Shown piece after piece: positions 1 to 9,428 of a stretch of DNA of 64,000 nt (the first letter of the stretch is position 1; every line of letters starts with the position of its first letter). The stretch lies in contig CAZQUI010000003.1 in the NCBI GenBank assembly GCA_964596595.1, forward strand, positions 979-64,978. The letters are read 5' to 3'. The DNA is from an uncultured Candidatus Saccharibacteria bacterium (lineage in GTDB: Bacteria; Patescibacteriota; Minisyncoccia; Phycocordibacterales; PALSA-1337). Position numbers and translations under genes: made by a program. The notes beneath the pieces were generated by a model. That model saw only the letters and a list, made by a program, of their open reading frames with translations, was not told the origin of the DNA and ran no database searches.

Positions 1-1587
1 AATGAGTTATCCAAACATAAGAATTTATACTGTCATTACCTGAACTAGAGGTAACCAAAAAACCGTGTGAACGTTTTGTGTTTTTTACTTCACAATTACT
101 AAATTTTATATATCGAGAAGTGCCAGTTACTTTGATAACTGGAGTTGTATTTGTAAAATTGACTCCATCAAATATTATTCCATCAAACGTTATATACTCT
201 CCCGAATTTAATCTGACGACTGAAATAAAATTATCAACCTCAGGACGAATAATCACTTGTTCTCCAGGATAAGCCTTGATTGTCGTTGAATTTGACCAAG
301 AAGTTCCCGAAGGAATAACCATTGAGAATTTGTCATTATAAACCCCCTCACGAATATACAACGTATTACCAGGTTTTAATAAGCCAACGGCTTTTGTAAA
401 TGTTAAACAGGGCAATATTTCGGTGCAAGGATTTGTATCTGAACCATTTTTACTTACATAAAATGTATTTGTATTACTTTGATTTATTGGGATAGATTGA
501 GTGGTAGCTGAAACTGAAGAACTTTGAGTGGAATTATTGTTTGCCGCATCATATGCTAAAACCGCATAAGTATACTGAGTAGAAGCGGACAATCCTGTAT
601 CAGAATAAGTAGTGTTTGTGGTGTCGATAATTTCACTGCCATTTCTATATAGTTTATAACCAACTACTCCTATATTATCGGTCGAAGCACTCCAAGAAAT
701 ATTTATTTGAGTTTGAGAAATTACAGAAGCCGATAGACTACTTGGAACCGAAGGCGACTCTGTGTCAGAGGTATTTTGAGTACCACTTGGTTCTGTATAA
801 TTATATATATCAGAAATATCTTGAGAATCTAGAGCTCTGTTATAAATTCGAACATCATCAATTGAACCATTAACGTTCCAACCAGCAGTTCCGCCAGCAA
901 TAAGGTTATTCGTGTTAGCCTTAAATGTTAAACCGGTCATATCTATTGTACCAACAGCTGATCCATCTATATAACCAGTCGCAATTTTTGTTTGATTATC
1001 ATAAACCAAAGTTGCTAAATACCATGTATCTAGAGGCACCGAATAACTTATTACTTTTTGTCCGGCTGTAGTTGTCCATAATGAAAATTGTCTTTCTAAA
1101 ATACCGACATTTAATCCTAGTTTACCAAATATTATTTTTGAGACATGAACATTTGCATTCTTTTTTGCCCAAACAGATATAGAAAAACTCGACATATTTT
1201 CTGCAGCAGTATCGGTGGAAGGGCCAATGTATTGAGAAAAATTACTACCAAAATTTACATAATCATCCGAACCATCAAATTGTAATGCTCCATTTCCTAC
1301 TTTACCGGTAATCCAAGTCGGACCGTTTGTAAGTACTCCAGAACTATTACCAGCAGAGTAATTTGCCGATGTTCCGGTTCCTTCATCAAATTTCCACCAA
1401 CCAATTAAGCCAGAGTTAGCACCAGAAATTGTGGCTGTTTGCGATATTTTTGGAACTGTGCGAACAATATTTTTAAATGTAGTATCAAATTTTATAGCAG
1501 ACCAAGTTATCGTAGAAATACTTATGATGAAAAAAAATATAATAAAAATTAATCCATTATTATTTTCAATATTTTTTTTATTCATTA
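1..1587 (-). CDS. secreted LamG (concanavalin-like) / fibronectin type III / parallel beta-helix (pectate-lyase fold) protein; N-terminal part only, the C-terminus runs off the window start
   Basis: My own minus-strand translation from the ATG near 1585: MNKKNIENNNGLIFIIFFFIISISTITW signal/TM. Then LamG_3-like GLIGWWKFDEGTG...GALQFDGSDDYVNFG...DDVRIYNRALD. Then an Fn3-like segment SPSVPSSLSASVISQTQINISWSAS...GYKLYRNG. Then beta-helix-like repeats NTFYVSKNGSD...ITFDGIIFDG. The supplied ORF track does not list it, presumably because it reaches the window edge. Confidence 0.55.
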
Positions 1588-1598
1588 ATATATTTTAA

Positions 1599-3431
1599 TT
1601 AACTTAAAATAGCTTTTATTCTTCTAATTCCTTGAGCCACAGCTTCTTCTTTTTGAATTTTAAATCGCCACGTACCTTCTGGACCACTTAATTCAAAAGT
1701 ATTTTTTACATGAGGACCACCACAATATTCTTTGGAATAAGCTGTCTCTATTGTATCACCAATAAAGTAAATAGATATTTCTTCTCCATACTTTTCTCCA
1801 AAAAAGTGTCGAGCGCCGGTTTTTTCTGCCTTTCCTTTTGGTAAAGTAATCTGATTCATGGGAAGCTTTGCTTCAATTTTAGCATTAACGATCTCTTCCA
1901 CCTTTTTCTTTTGCTCATCCGTTAATTTTTGACCAGTAAAATCAAAACGTAAACGTTCGGCGGTAATATTTGAACCTTTTTGATTGCCTTCATTTTCGCC
2001 TAAAACATCATGTAACGCTTGATGTAATAAATGTGTAGCCGTGTGATAACGAATAACCATCGGATCCTGAGCATCTGCGAGACCGCCTTTAAATTTCTGT
2101 TCGGCTCCTACTCGAGAAAGATCTTGGTGCTTTTTAAATTCTTCGGTAAAAGTAGTTCGATTGATGCTAATACCCTTTTCTTTTAACAACTCTTCTGTTA
2201 ATTCCAGTGGAAATCCATACGATGCATACAGTTTAAAGGCATCTGCAGCTGTTACCGTCTGTAATTTGTTAAATTCTTTAAGTCCATTGGTTAAAGCTTC
2301 AGCAAATTTATTAGATTCTTCAAGGATAACTTTTTTAATGTGATCTTTTTTAGTATCTAATTCTGGATAGGTAACTTTATAAATATTTACCAAAGTATCT
2401 ACAAAATAATTTATTCTTTTTTCGTCGAGCTTCTTATCGGTCATACTGATCACGCTACGACGAATGAGACGACGCAGAATGTACCCTCGATCCGTATTAG
2501 AAGGAGTGACTCCATCAGCAATCAAGAAACTACTGGAACGGAGATGGTCAGCGATAATACGCTTTTTAGGAATTGTTTGTTCCGGATTTTTCATGAGATC
2601 CATAACTGGTTTCAACAGATCAGTCTCATAAATATTATCTACCAATTGTAAAACCATAGTGAGACGTTCGAGACCTGCACCCGTATCAACTGATGGTTTT
2701 GGTAATTTACCGATAATCTTGCCGTCTTTTTTCTCATATTGCATGAAGACATCATTCCAAATTTCTACAACTTCTCTCTTATTATCTGCTTCATCAAACT
2801 GTAATTGGGTCAACACTTTACCGCCATAGGTATTGGAAACATCATAGAACATTTCAGTATCCGGACCACACGGACCACTATCACCTGCTTCCCACCAATT
2901 ATTTTTTGCGGGCAAATAGAAAATACGTCCACTTTCTCCTTGTGAAGTATCTCCTCCAAAATCAATGTTATTTTTACGGAAAATTTCCTGCCAAATGCTT
3001 GCGGCTTCTTCATCACGCGGAGCATTTTCATCACCAGCAAAGACAGTGACGTAGAGTCTCTTAGGGTCGAGACCGAAGCCTTCTTCAGAAGAAGTCAGTA
3101 ATTCATAACTCCAGTTAATAGCCTCTTTTTTGAAATAATCACCTAAAGACCAGTTACCCAGCATCTCAAAAAAGGTAGCATGGGTATTATCTCCAATATC
3201 ATCAATGTCAACCGTTCGAAGACATTTTTGCACGTTCGCCAAACGTTTTCCTAAGGGATGCGGTTTCCCAAGTAAATAAGGAACTAATGGTTGCATGCCA
3301 GCAGTGTTAAAAAGTGTTGCGTTAGTGAGACCTTTTTCATCTGAAGTAACGAGTGAGGCAGAAGGCAAGATAGCATGGCCTCTTTTTTCAAAAAATTTAA
3401 GGAATCGAGTACGAATCTCAGCAGATGTCAT
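1599..3431 (-). CDS. alaS: alanyl-tRNA synthetase (catalytic and editing core, short form)
   Basis: N-terminus MTSAEIRTRFLKFFEKRGHAILPSASLV...FTNAGM matches the AlaRS class II start. The HxxxH editing motif HTATHLLHQALHDVLG is present. At 610 aa it is shorter than E. coli AlaRS. Confidence 0.9.
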   Translation of the reverse strand: MTSAEIRTRFLKFFEKRGHAILPSASLVTSDEKGLTNATLFNTAGMQPLVPYLLGKPHPLGKRLANVQKCLRTVDIDDIGDNTHATFFEMLGNWSLGDYFKKEAINWSYELLTSSEEGFGLDPKRLYVTVFAGDENAPRDEEAASIWQEIFRKNNIDFGGDTSQGESGRIFYLPAKNNWWEAGDSGPCGPDTEMFYDVSNTYGGKVLTQLQFDEADNKREVVEIWNDVFMQYEKKDGKIIGKLPKPSVDTGAGLERLTMVLQLVDNIYETDLLKPVMDLMKNPEQTIPKKRIIADHLRSSSFLIADGVTPSNTDRGYILRRLIRRSVISMTDKKLDEKRINYFVDTLVNIYKVTYPELDTKKDHIKKVILEESNKFAEALTNGLKEFNKLQTVTAADAFKLYASYGFPLELTEELLKEKGISINRTTFTEEFKKHQDLSRVGAEQKFKGGLADAQDPMVIRYHTATHLLHQALHDVLGENEGNQKGSNITAERLRFDFTGQKLTDEQKKKVEEIVNAKIEAKLPMNQITLPKGKAEKTGARHFFGEKYGEEISIYFIGDTIETAYSKEYCGGPHVKNTFELSGPEGTWRFKIQKEEAVAQGIRRIKAILS

Positions 3432-3475
3432 ACGGCAAACTTTATCATAGCTCAGGCCTATTTCGCTAGTCGTCT

Positions 3476-5299
3476 TTATTTTGTTAGTTTTTCCAATTTA
3501 AGTATATTTTCCTCTATTTCTTTCAGGCCTTCTTCCCAAAAGCCAGCATGGGAAACATCAATACCGATACTTTTCAATATATTTTCTGGAGAATCCTTGC
3601 CACCTGATGACAAGAAAACTTCTACTGAAGACCAGAAAGAAGGATCCTGCTTATAACGACGCAAGAATGCTTTGGTAACCAATTGTCCAAAAGCATAGGA
3701 ATAGACATAAAAGAAACGGCGAATATGGCTCCACGTTACAAAGAAATATCCATCATCTTCTTCTATTTTGAAAACAGGGCCCAAGTAAGCTTTCATATTT
3801 TTATTATGAATCTGTGCAATAACTTCTTTGGCAAGATGACCTTTACTGCGAATCTCCTGATGTAAATTATTTTCAAAATTAAAACATGCTACTTGGCGAA
3901 ATATCGTTGAGATATCATCATTAATCTTATCGTGCAAAAGAATAATTTTTTCTTTATCAGAAAGAGAATCAAAGATCTTTTCCATAAGGATCGATTCGAA
4001 TAAGGTACTCGCTGTTTCAGCAAGTGACATTGAATAATTGGAATATATCGGCCCTTGATGACGAGAAAATTCACTGTGATATGCATGACCCATTTCATGA
4101 GCAAATGTAGAAAGAGAATTCAGATCATTGTTATGGTTTAATAAAACAAATGTCGGATTCAGAAATGAAGAAGAACAATAAGCCCCAGCTGTTTTTCCAA
4201 TACGAGGTGCGACATCTATTTGTCTCTTTTTTACATAACTATCCAATATGCTTTCGAATTTAGGATTAAGTTTTCCGAATGTTTCTTTGAGCAATGTTAA
4301 TGATTGCTCAAAATTACTTTTAATTTTCACTTCTCCAATAGAAACTCCTCGATCACAATAATTAAGAGTTTTTTGTTTTAATAATTTAGCTTTAAGTCTA
4401 TAAAAACGATGAGCAATAGCAACATGCTTATTCACGGTCTCAATGAGAGTATCGACGGTTTGGGGATTATTATCATTTTGTAAAACCGTATAGGCATACG
4501 GAGTCGCATATCCCCGTAGTTCATCATTAATCTTTTTATTGGTAAATATCGCGTTTATTTCCCATTCAGCAAAAGCGGCTTGTTCTTTAAGTACTTTATT
4601 GACCAGAAGGGATAATTTTTTACGATCAGCAGCTTGTGGTGTATTCAACATAAGTTGTGTTGCCTGTGAGAGGGGCATTTGTTTCCCTTTCCAGACAATA
4701 CTTCTGACATTCATGAGCGCTTCATTTGCTGATGACCACATTTCATGGGAAGGAAGAGTTTTTAAATTGAGAATTCGCTCTTCGGGAACCGAAAGGTCGT
4801 GACGGGCACTCTGAAAAACTCGACGGAGAAAAACATGAAAGTGAGCAAGCATAGAATCTTGGAGGAATTTTTCTCTCATTTCAGGGCCAATCTTTCCTAA
4901 AGAATTTTCAAAAAATACTACTTTATTCTGCGCTTTAGCTAATCGATTTTCAATAAGGGCAATACGAGCTGCCGCTTCTTTATTGGTAGATTCGATATCA
5001 CGGAGATAATAGAAATATATATGCGCTTTAAGCGTAAATTCTCCAATTAATTTTTCATATTCAATAAGCGCCTGAAGCAAAGTTGTAGGTTCTTGTAAAA
5101 ATTTTTTCTCAGGAACATCGTAGGTCATCGCGAAAGAATCAACATTTCTTTCAAAAGCACGAATATCGGTCTCCATACGAGGATCGTGCGGAGAGTTGTA
5201 TAACAATTTTAAGTTCCATTGGGGAGATAAGATTTTTGAACCTCGAGATTTTCTATTTTTAGATAATGATTTCTTCTTTTTCATATATTTATACAACAT
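3476..5299 (-). CDS. pepF: M3 family oligoendopeptidase F
   Basis: HEMGH zinc motif (FAHEMGHAYHSEF) in a roughly 600 aa protein with M3B-like overall layout. Confidence 0.8.
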   Translation of the reverse strand: MLYKYMKKKKSLSKNRKSRGSKILSPQWNLKLLYNSPHDPRMETDIRAFERNVDSFAMTYDVPEKKFLQEPTTLLQALIEYEKLIGEFTLKAHIYFYYLRDIESTNKEAAARIALIENRLAKAQNKVVFFENSLGKIGPEMREKFLQDSMLAHFHVFLRRVFQSARHDLSVPEERILNLKTLPSHEMWSSANEALMNVRSIVWKGKQMPLSQATQLMLNTPQAADRKKLSLLVNKVLKEQAAFAEWEINAIFTNKKINDELRGYATPYAYTVLQNDNNPQTVDTLIETVNKHVAIAHRFYRLKAKLLKQKTLNYCDRGVSIGEVKIKSNFEQSLTLLKETFGKLNPKFESILDSYVKKRQIDVAPRIGKTAGAYCSSSFLNPTFVLLNHNNDLNSLSTFAHEMGHAYHSEFSRHQGPIYSNYSMSLAETASTLFESILMEKIFDSLSDKEKIILLHDKINDDISTIFRQVACFNFENNLHQEIRSKGHLAKEVIAQIHNKNMKAYLGPVFKIEEDDGYFFVTWSHIRRFFYVYSYAFGQLVTKAFLRRYKQDPSFWSSVEVFLSSGGKDSPENILKSIGIDVSHAGFWEEGLKEIEENILKLEKLTK

Positions 5300-5885
5300 A
5301 GTTTTTTAATATTTGTATGTCTTTCTTGAGATTATCGAGGTTATGCGGATTATATACTGCCACACAGGGATGATATAAGGCAACAATATCTATTTCTCCG
5401 TACGAAGCCTGAGCTTGGTAAGCTTTACCATGTGCTTTACCAATTGGTTCAATTTGCTCTTTCAAATTAAACCGCTCCATAATATACCCCATAGCGTATC
5501 TCCCAAGAGTGACAATTACCTGGGGCTGAATAATATCAATCTGTCTATCCAAAAAAGGTCCGTAGACTTTTATTTCACTTGGTAATGGATCTCTATTTTG
5601 TGGTGGACGATCTTTTACGATATTCGTGATGTATACCGACTTTCTTTCAATACCAACATGCACCAACAAGGTATCTAAAACTTTTCCAGCAGCTCCACAA
5701 AAAGGTTTTCCTGTTTTAGCTTCATTCTTACCTGGTGCTTCCCCAATAAGCATAATATGTGCATCGTGACTGCCCTCTCCAATTACCGGAAAATATTTAT
5801 TTTTAATTCGATACTCATATATAGGAGAGACGGTAAGTTCCAATACCTCATCTCTAATCTTTCTGAGCGCATCAGTTTTACTCAT
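5289..5885 (-). CDS. uracil-DNA glycosylase, family 4
   Basis: GEAPG...E...G.PFCGAAGKVLD motif typical of family 4 UDG; about 200 aa. Confidence 0.8.
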   Translation of the reverse strand: MSKTDALRKIRDEVLELTVSPIYEYRIKNKYFPVIGEGSHDAHIMLIGEAPGKNEAKTGKPFCGAAGKVLDTLLVHVGIERKSVYITNIVKDRPPQNRDPLPSEIKVYGPFLDRQIDIIQPQVIVTLGRYAMGYIMERFNLKEQIEPIGKAHGKAYQAQASYGEIDIVALYHPCVAVYNPHNLDNLKKDIQILKNYVV

Positions 5886-5916
5886 AACAGAAAATCAGTT
5901 AGTCCTTTGAATAATA

Positions 5917-6762
5917 TTATTTTACGGTTTCAATAATAGTTTGAGCTTCAGTTAAAATCGTGTGTGCTAATTCTCCTTTTATACCTATTACCTCGAGTAT
6001 TTCAGGCTTTTTAACAAGATCAACGCACGCCAATATTCCTTGCAAGATCAAATCTTTCCGTGCCATGGATGAGAGACTCGGAATCGTGGTAATCGGATGT
6101 AAACCATTTTGCTCAATAATCTCATGCAAGTTATTTTTGTCGGGATAGTTCCATCCTACCATTTTGAGATTATTACATTCTCCATAATGGATTGCTTGCT
6201 GACTAAACTTGGTATTGGTAATAAGCCATCGTTCAGAAAGTTTTCTTTTCTTATTTCCATAATCAAAATCATTTACTGCAATATCATCAAATCGAGCTTT
6301 GACATAGAGTGCCACTTTGACATCAGACTTCATACCTAAGGTGTTATGAAATTTTGCCTCTACCATAGCGAGCTCATTATCTTTCCAGGCAACCACATCG
6401 ACTTCATGAGAAACACAATGACCCATTACGGTTTGATCGGTCACCGTATCATACCCCCACATCTGAAACACTCGAGCTACAAATTTTTCAAAAGGAAAAC
6501 CATCGGGACCCAATTCGAACAATGCTCTACGAATAGAATATTTTATAGCAACCGGAGAAGAGTGTTTTTTGAGTAGTTCAAAGGCTCGCTTATAGATCTC
6601 TTGTGTAGTCACACCTTCGCGCATGTCTTTTTCTACTGTTTCCACAATCTCATCAATCATTTCCACCGAAGTACCAACGCGATGTAAAGATTGACGAAGT
6701 TTTTCTTCTTCAAAAAGCTCTCTGGTACCGTCTGATTTTGTTATTTGTATTACGTGATTCAT
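5917..6762 (-). CDS. ATP-cone domain fused to a PD-(D/E)xK restriction-endonuclease-like (Mrr-like) domain
   Basis: ATP-cone signature VIQITKSDGTRELFEEEKLRQSL...TTQEI. Downstream is a nuclease-like core HEVDVVAW...ELAMVEAKFH (D...ExK). The start is placed at the internal MNHVIQIT (6762) to avoid overlap with mnmA; the track ORF extends to 6840. Confidence 0.55.
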   Translation of the reverse strand: MNHVIQITKSDGTRELFEEEKLRQSLHRVGTSVEMIDEIVETVEKDMREGVTTQEIYKRAFELLKKHSSPVAIKYSIRRALFELGPDGFPFEKFVARVFQMWGYDTVTDQTVMGHCVSHEVDVVAWKDNELAMVEAKFHNTLGMKSDVKVALYVKARFDDIAVNDFDYGNKKRKLSERWLITNTKFSQQAIHYGECNNLKMVGWNYPDKNNLHEIIEQNGLHPITTIPSLSSMARKDLILQGILACVDLVKKPEILEVIGIKGELAHTILTEAQTIIETVK

Positions 6763-6794
6763 ATATATTTGTAGAATCAGTATACAATAAAAAA

Positions 6795-7928
6795 TTATGG
6801 TTCGATATAATGAGAAGTGATTATTCCCCCTCCAACACATTTTTCTCCATCATATATTACCAATGATTGACCCGGCGTTATGGTTTCTTGTTTGGTCTCA
6901 AATATAACCATCGCTTCGGTTTCATTAATTTTTTCTATATAGATAGGTACTAATTCTTGTCGATATCTCCCTCGAGCCTGGAGTCGTTCACCTTTTTGCG
7001 GAGGAAAATTAACCCAACTACATTTTGACAAATGAACAGGAATATTTTGTGTTTGATTTCTTTTATCAATATCAGCATTATGATCAGATACGATAAGCGT
7101 ATTTTGTTTTATATCTTTAGCGATAACATAGTACGGACAATCAAAGGGAGTCTTTTTGGTAATCTGAAATCCATGTCTTTCACCAATGGTAAATAAAAGT
7201 GCTCCGGGATGAGTACCTATTTTTTCACCTTTTTCATTTAGAACATCACCTGGTTTTGTCTCTATATAGTGAGTTAAGAATTTTTTTACATCTACTTTGC
7301 CAATAAAACAAAGTCCCTGGCTATCTTTTCTGTAAGCATTTGGTAATTTAAATTTTTCTGCCAGTTTTCTAACTTTTGGTTTTGTTATACCACCAACTGG
7401 AAATAAAACATGTTCAAGATCAGTCTTTTTTAATGTCCATAAAAAATAACTCTGATCTTTGTTTTTATCCTTCGCCATATGAAGTTCAAAGTTTTTGTTT
7501 TGACAATAATGACCAGTTGCCACATAGTTAGCGCCATTATTTTTTGCCCAATTCCAGAAAGCTCCAAATTTTACCTCACGATTACACATCACATCAGGAT
7601 TTGGTGTTCTACCAGCAGAATATTCGGCAATCATATAGTCAATTACACCTTCTTTATATTCTTTTTCTAAATCAAGAGTAATAAATGGTATACCTAAATG
7701 TGCTGATACCCGCATTGCTTCACGTCGATCTTCTTTCCAAGAGCACTCTATCCAATCAGGTTGCCAAACTTTTATAAATACCCCAGTTACATCATATCCA
7801 GCTTTTTTTAGCAAAGCAGCCGAAACAGCACTATCGACGCCTCCAGATATACCAACAAAAATTTTTATTTTCTTTTTATCTAAACCAAGAGGCTTAGTAA
7901 GATATTGACTTATCATGATTTTTATCAT
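6795..7928 (-). CDS. mnmA: tRNA-specific 2-thiouridylase
   Basis: PP-loop SGGVDSAV near the N-terminus; MnmA-like length and C-terminal region. Confidence 0.9.
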   Translation of the reverse strand: MIKIMISQYLTKPLGLDKKKIKIFVGISGGVDSAVSAALLKKAGYDVTGVFIKVWQPDWIECSWKEDRREAMRVSAHLGIPFITLDLEKEYKEGVIDYMIAEYSAGRTPNPDVMCNREVKFGAFWNWAKNNGANYVATGHYCQNKNFELHMAKDKNKDQSYFLWTLKKTDLEHVLFPVGGITKPKVRKLAEKFKLPNAYRKDSQGLCFIGKVDVKKFLTHYIETKPGDVLNEKGEKIGTHPGALLFTIGERHGFQITKKTPFDCPYYVIAKDIKQNTLIVSDHNADIDKRNQTQNIPVHLSKCSWVNFPPQKGERLQARGRYRQELVPIYIEKINETEAMVIFETKQETITPGQSLVIYDGEKCVGGGIITSHYIEP

Positions 7929-7999
7929 AATATAATATTAGATTTTGTGCAAACAAATTACCTGCCAACAGGTATCTTTGCGCTAAAAATAGATGAATT

Positions 8000-8419
8000 A
8001 TGTCAAAAATACTAATAGAAGTTCTGATAGAAATTCTCATTGTTGTTATTCTCGGGGGAAGTATGTACTATATTTTTTTTCTTACACCAGATCGAAGGTA
8101 TGAACAAAAATTAAAACTGGGAAGAAAATTTCAAATCCAAGAACTCTGTCCTGGAAAATATGAATACTTGGATGTTTGGATAATGTGTGGTAAGGAAATA
8201 GTTGTTGCGCGCCTTGTGCAACCAAGCATTCCCTTTAATGGTCCACTAGACGGTAATCAAAAACATAAAATAAATCATGTAAATGAGTGGATTATCATCA
8301 CATGGAAAAGCAATAAAGTTTTATTTTCTAAAAAAACTGGATGTTTTACAGGTAACTTTGAAATCTCTACGAATCCCAAAAAACCACCGGGTCAGAATAG
8401 AGAGATAACTTGGAGATAA
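8000..8419 (+). CDS. hypothetical membrane-anchored protein
   Basis: N-terminal hydrophobic helix (ILIEVLIEILIVVILGGSMYYIFFL). It is one of the few plus-strand ORFs and is followed by a clean terminator. Confidence 0.5.
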   Translation: MSKILIEVLIEILIVVILGGSMYYIFFLTPDRRYEQKLKLGRKFQIQELCPGKYEYLDVWIMCGKEIVVARLVQPSIPFNGPLDGNQKHKINHVNEWIIITWKSNKVLFSKKTGCFTGNFEISTNPKKPPGQNREITWR

Positions 8420-8423
8420 CCAC

Positions 8424-8446
8424 GAGCCTTCGGGCTCTTTTTTTTA
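8424..8446 (+). terminator. rho-independent terminator
   Basis: gagcc-ttcg-ggctc hairpin followed by a T8 run, immediately after the 8000-8419 stop. Confidence 0.7.
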
Positions 8447-9427
8447 TCTCAAATATTTATCTTTATTTGCTACATGATCATCATGATCAATAGCATAATG
8501 AGTCTGACCTTCTTTGTCTGAAAGATAAAACCAGTATATAGATTCCTTTGGTTCAATTGCAGCAAGTATAGAATCTAAGCTCGGGTTACTAATTGGAGCA
8601 ATAGGTAAACCTTTATTTTTATATGTATTATATGGAGAAGATGAAGCTAAGTCTTCTTTAGAAATTTGGCTCGAACCTTTACCGTAAAGATAATAAAATG
8701 GCGCATCTACTTGAAGAGGCATACCAGCTTTTATTCTTTTCCAAAGAATTCCAGAAATAATACTACGATCTTCAGAATTATTTTCTTCCTCTTCTAAAAT
8801 TGAAGCCATGATAATAATATCTTTTAGATTTTTGCCCGAACGATGAATTTTTTCTTGGATTGCAGATATTTTTTCATCAAAAATTTTTGTCATTGCTTCC
8901 ACAACCTCATCTGGAGTTGTACTTTGATCAAAAAAATAAGTTTCTGGAAAAAGATAACCTTCGCTATTTTTCGCTAAACTTACAAAAGTTTCCTTATCAA
9001 AATCTTTTATTTTTTTAGCTAAAATCTCAGCAATTTCTATCGAGTTTGACCCTTCGGGTATAGTGATACTTATTTTTTCTAAACCTTCTTTTCCGAAGGC
9101 TGTTCGATAAGCAACCGTCAAAGCTGTTTGCGGAGAATCAAAAAGATATTTACCAGCCTGAATACCTTTGCCATCATGAAGTAAAACTACAAATAATTTA
9201 TACAAAAATGGAGAGCGAATCATGTTGGCACTGGCAAGATTTTGAGCCGTTTCTCCTACTGTAGAATTTTTATTTATCAAAAATATCTTACCTCGCGGAA
9301 AATTCATTGGAGCTGAAATTTGAAACAAAATAATCACTAAAAAAATAAAAGCAATAAATACCATGATTCCAAGATAGAACCAATTTTTCTTTATAAATCT
9401 CTTTATCTTAAAAAATATGAATTTCAT
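8444..9427 (-). CDS. mltG: endolytic murein transglycosylase MltG (YceG family)
   Basis: YceG motifs: PRGKIFLINKNSTVGE, NSEGYLFPETYFF, ASILEEE, LQVDAPFYY, YNTYKNKGLPIAPISNP. The start is placed at the internal MKFIFF (9427) to avoid overlap with the upstream gene. Confidence 0.75.
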   Translation of the reverse strand: MKFIFFKIKRFIKKNWFYLGIMVFIAFIFLVIILFQISAPMNFPRGKIFLINKNSTVGETAQNLASANMIRSPFLYKLFVVLLHDGKGIQAGKYLFDSPQTALTVAYRTAFGKEGLEKISITIPEGSNSIEIAEILAKKIKDFDKETFVSLAKNSEGYLFPETYFFDQSTTPDEVVEAMTKIFDEKISAIQEKIHRSGKNLKDIIIMASILEEEENNSEDRSIISGILWKRIKAGMPLQVDAPFYYLYGKGSSQISKEDLASSSPYNTYKNKGLPIAPISNPSLDSILAAIEPKESIYWFYLSDKEGQTHYAIDHDDHVANKDKYLR

Positions 9428-9428
9428 C

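Noticed and set aside
2161-3040. Short ORFs 2161-2343 (+) and 2810-3040 (-) inside alaS
   Set aside because: They are embedded in or antisense to alaS, with no independent signals.
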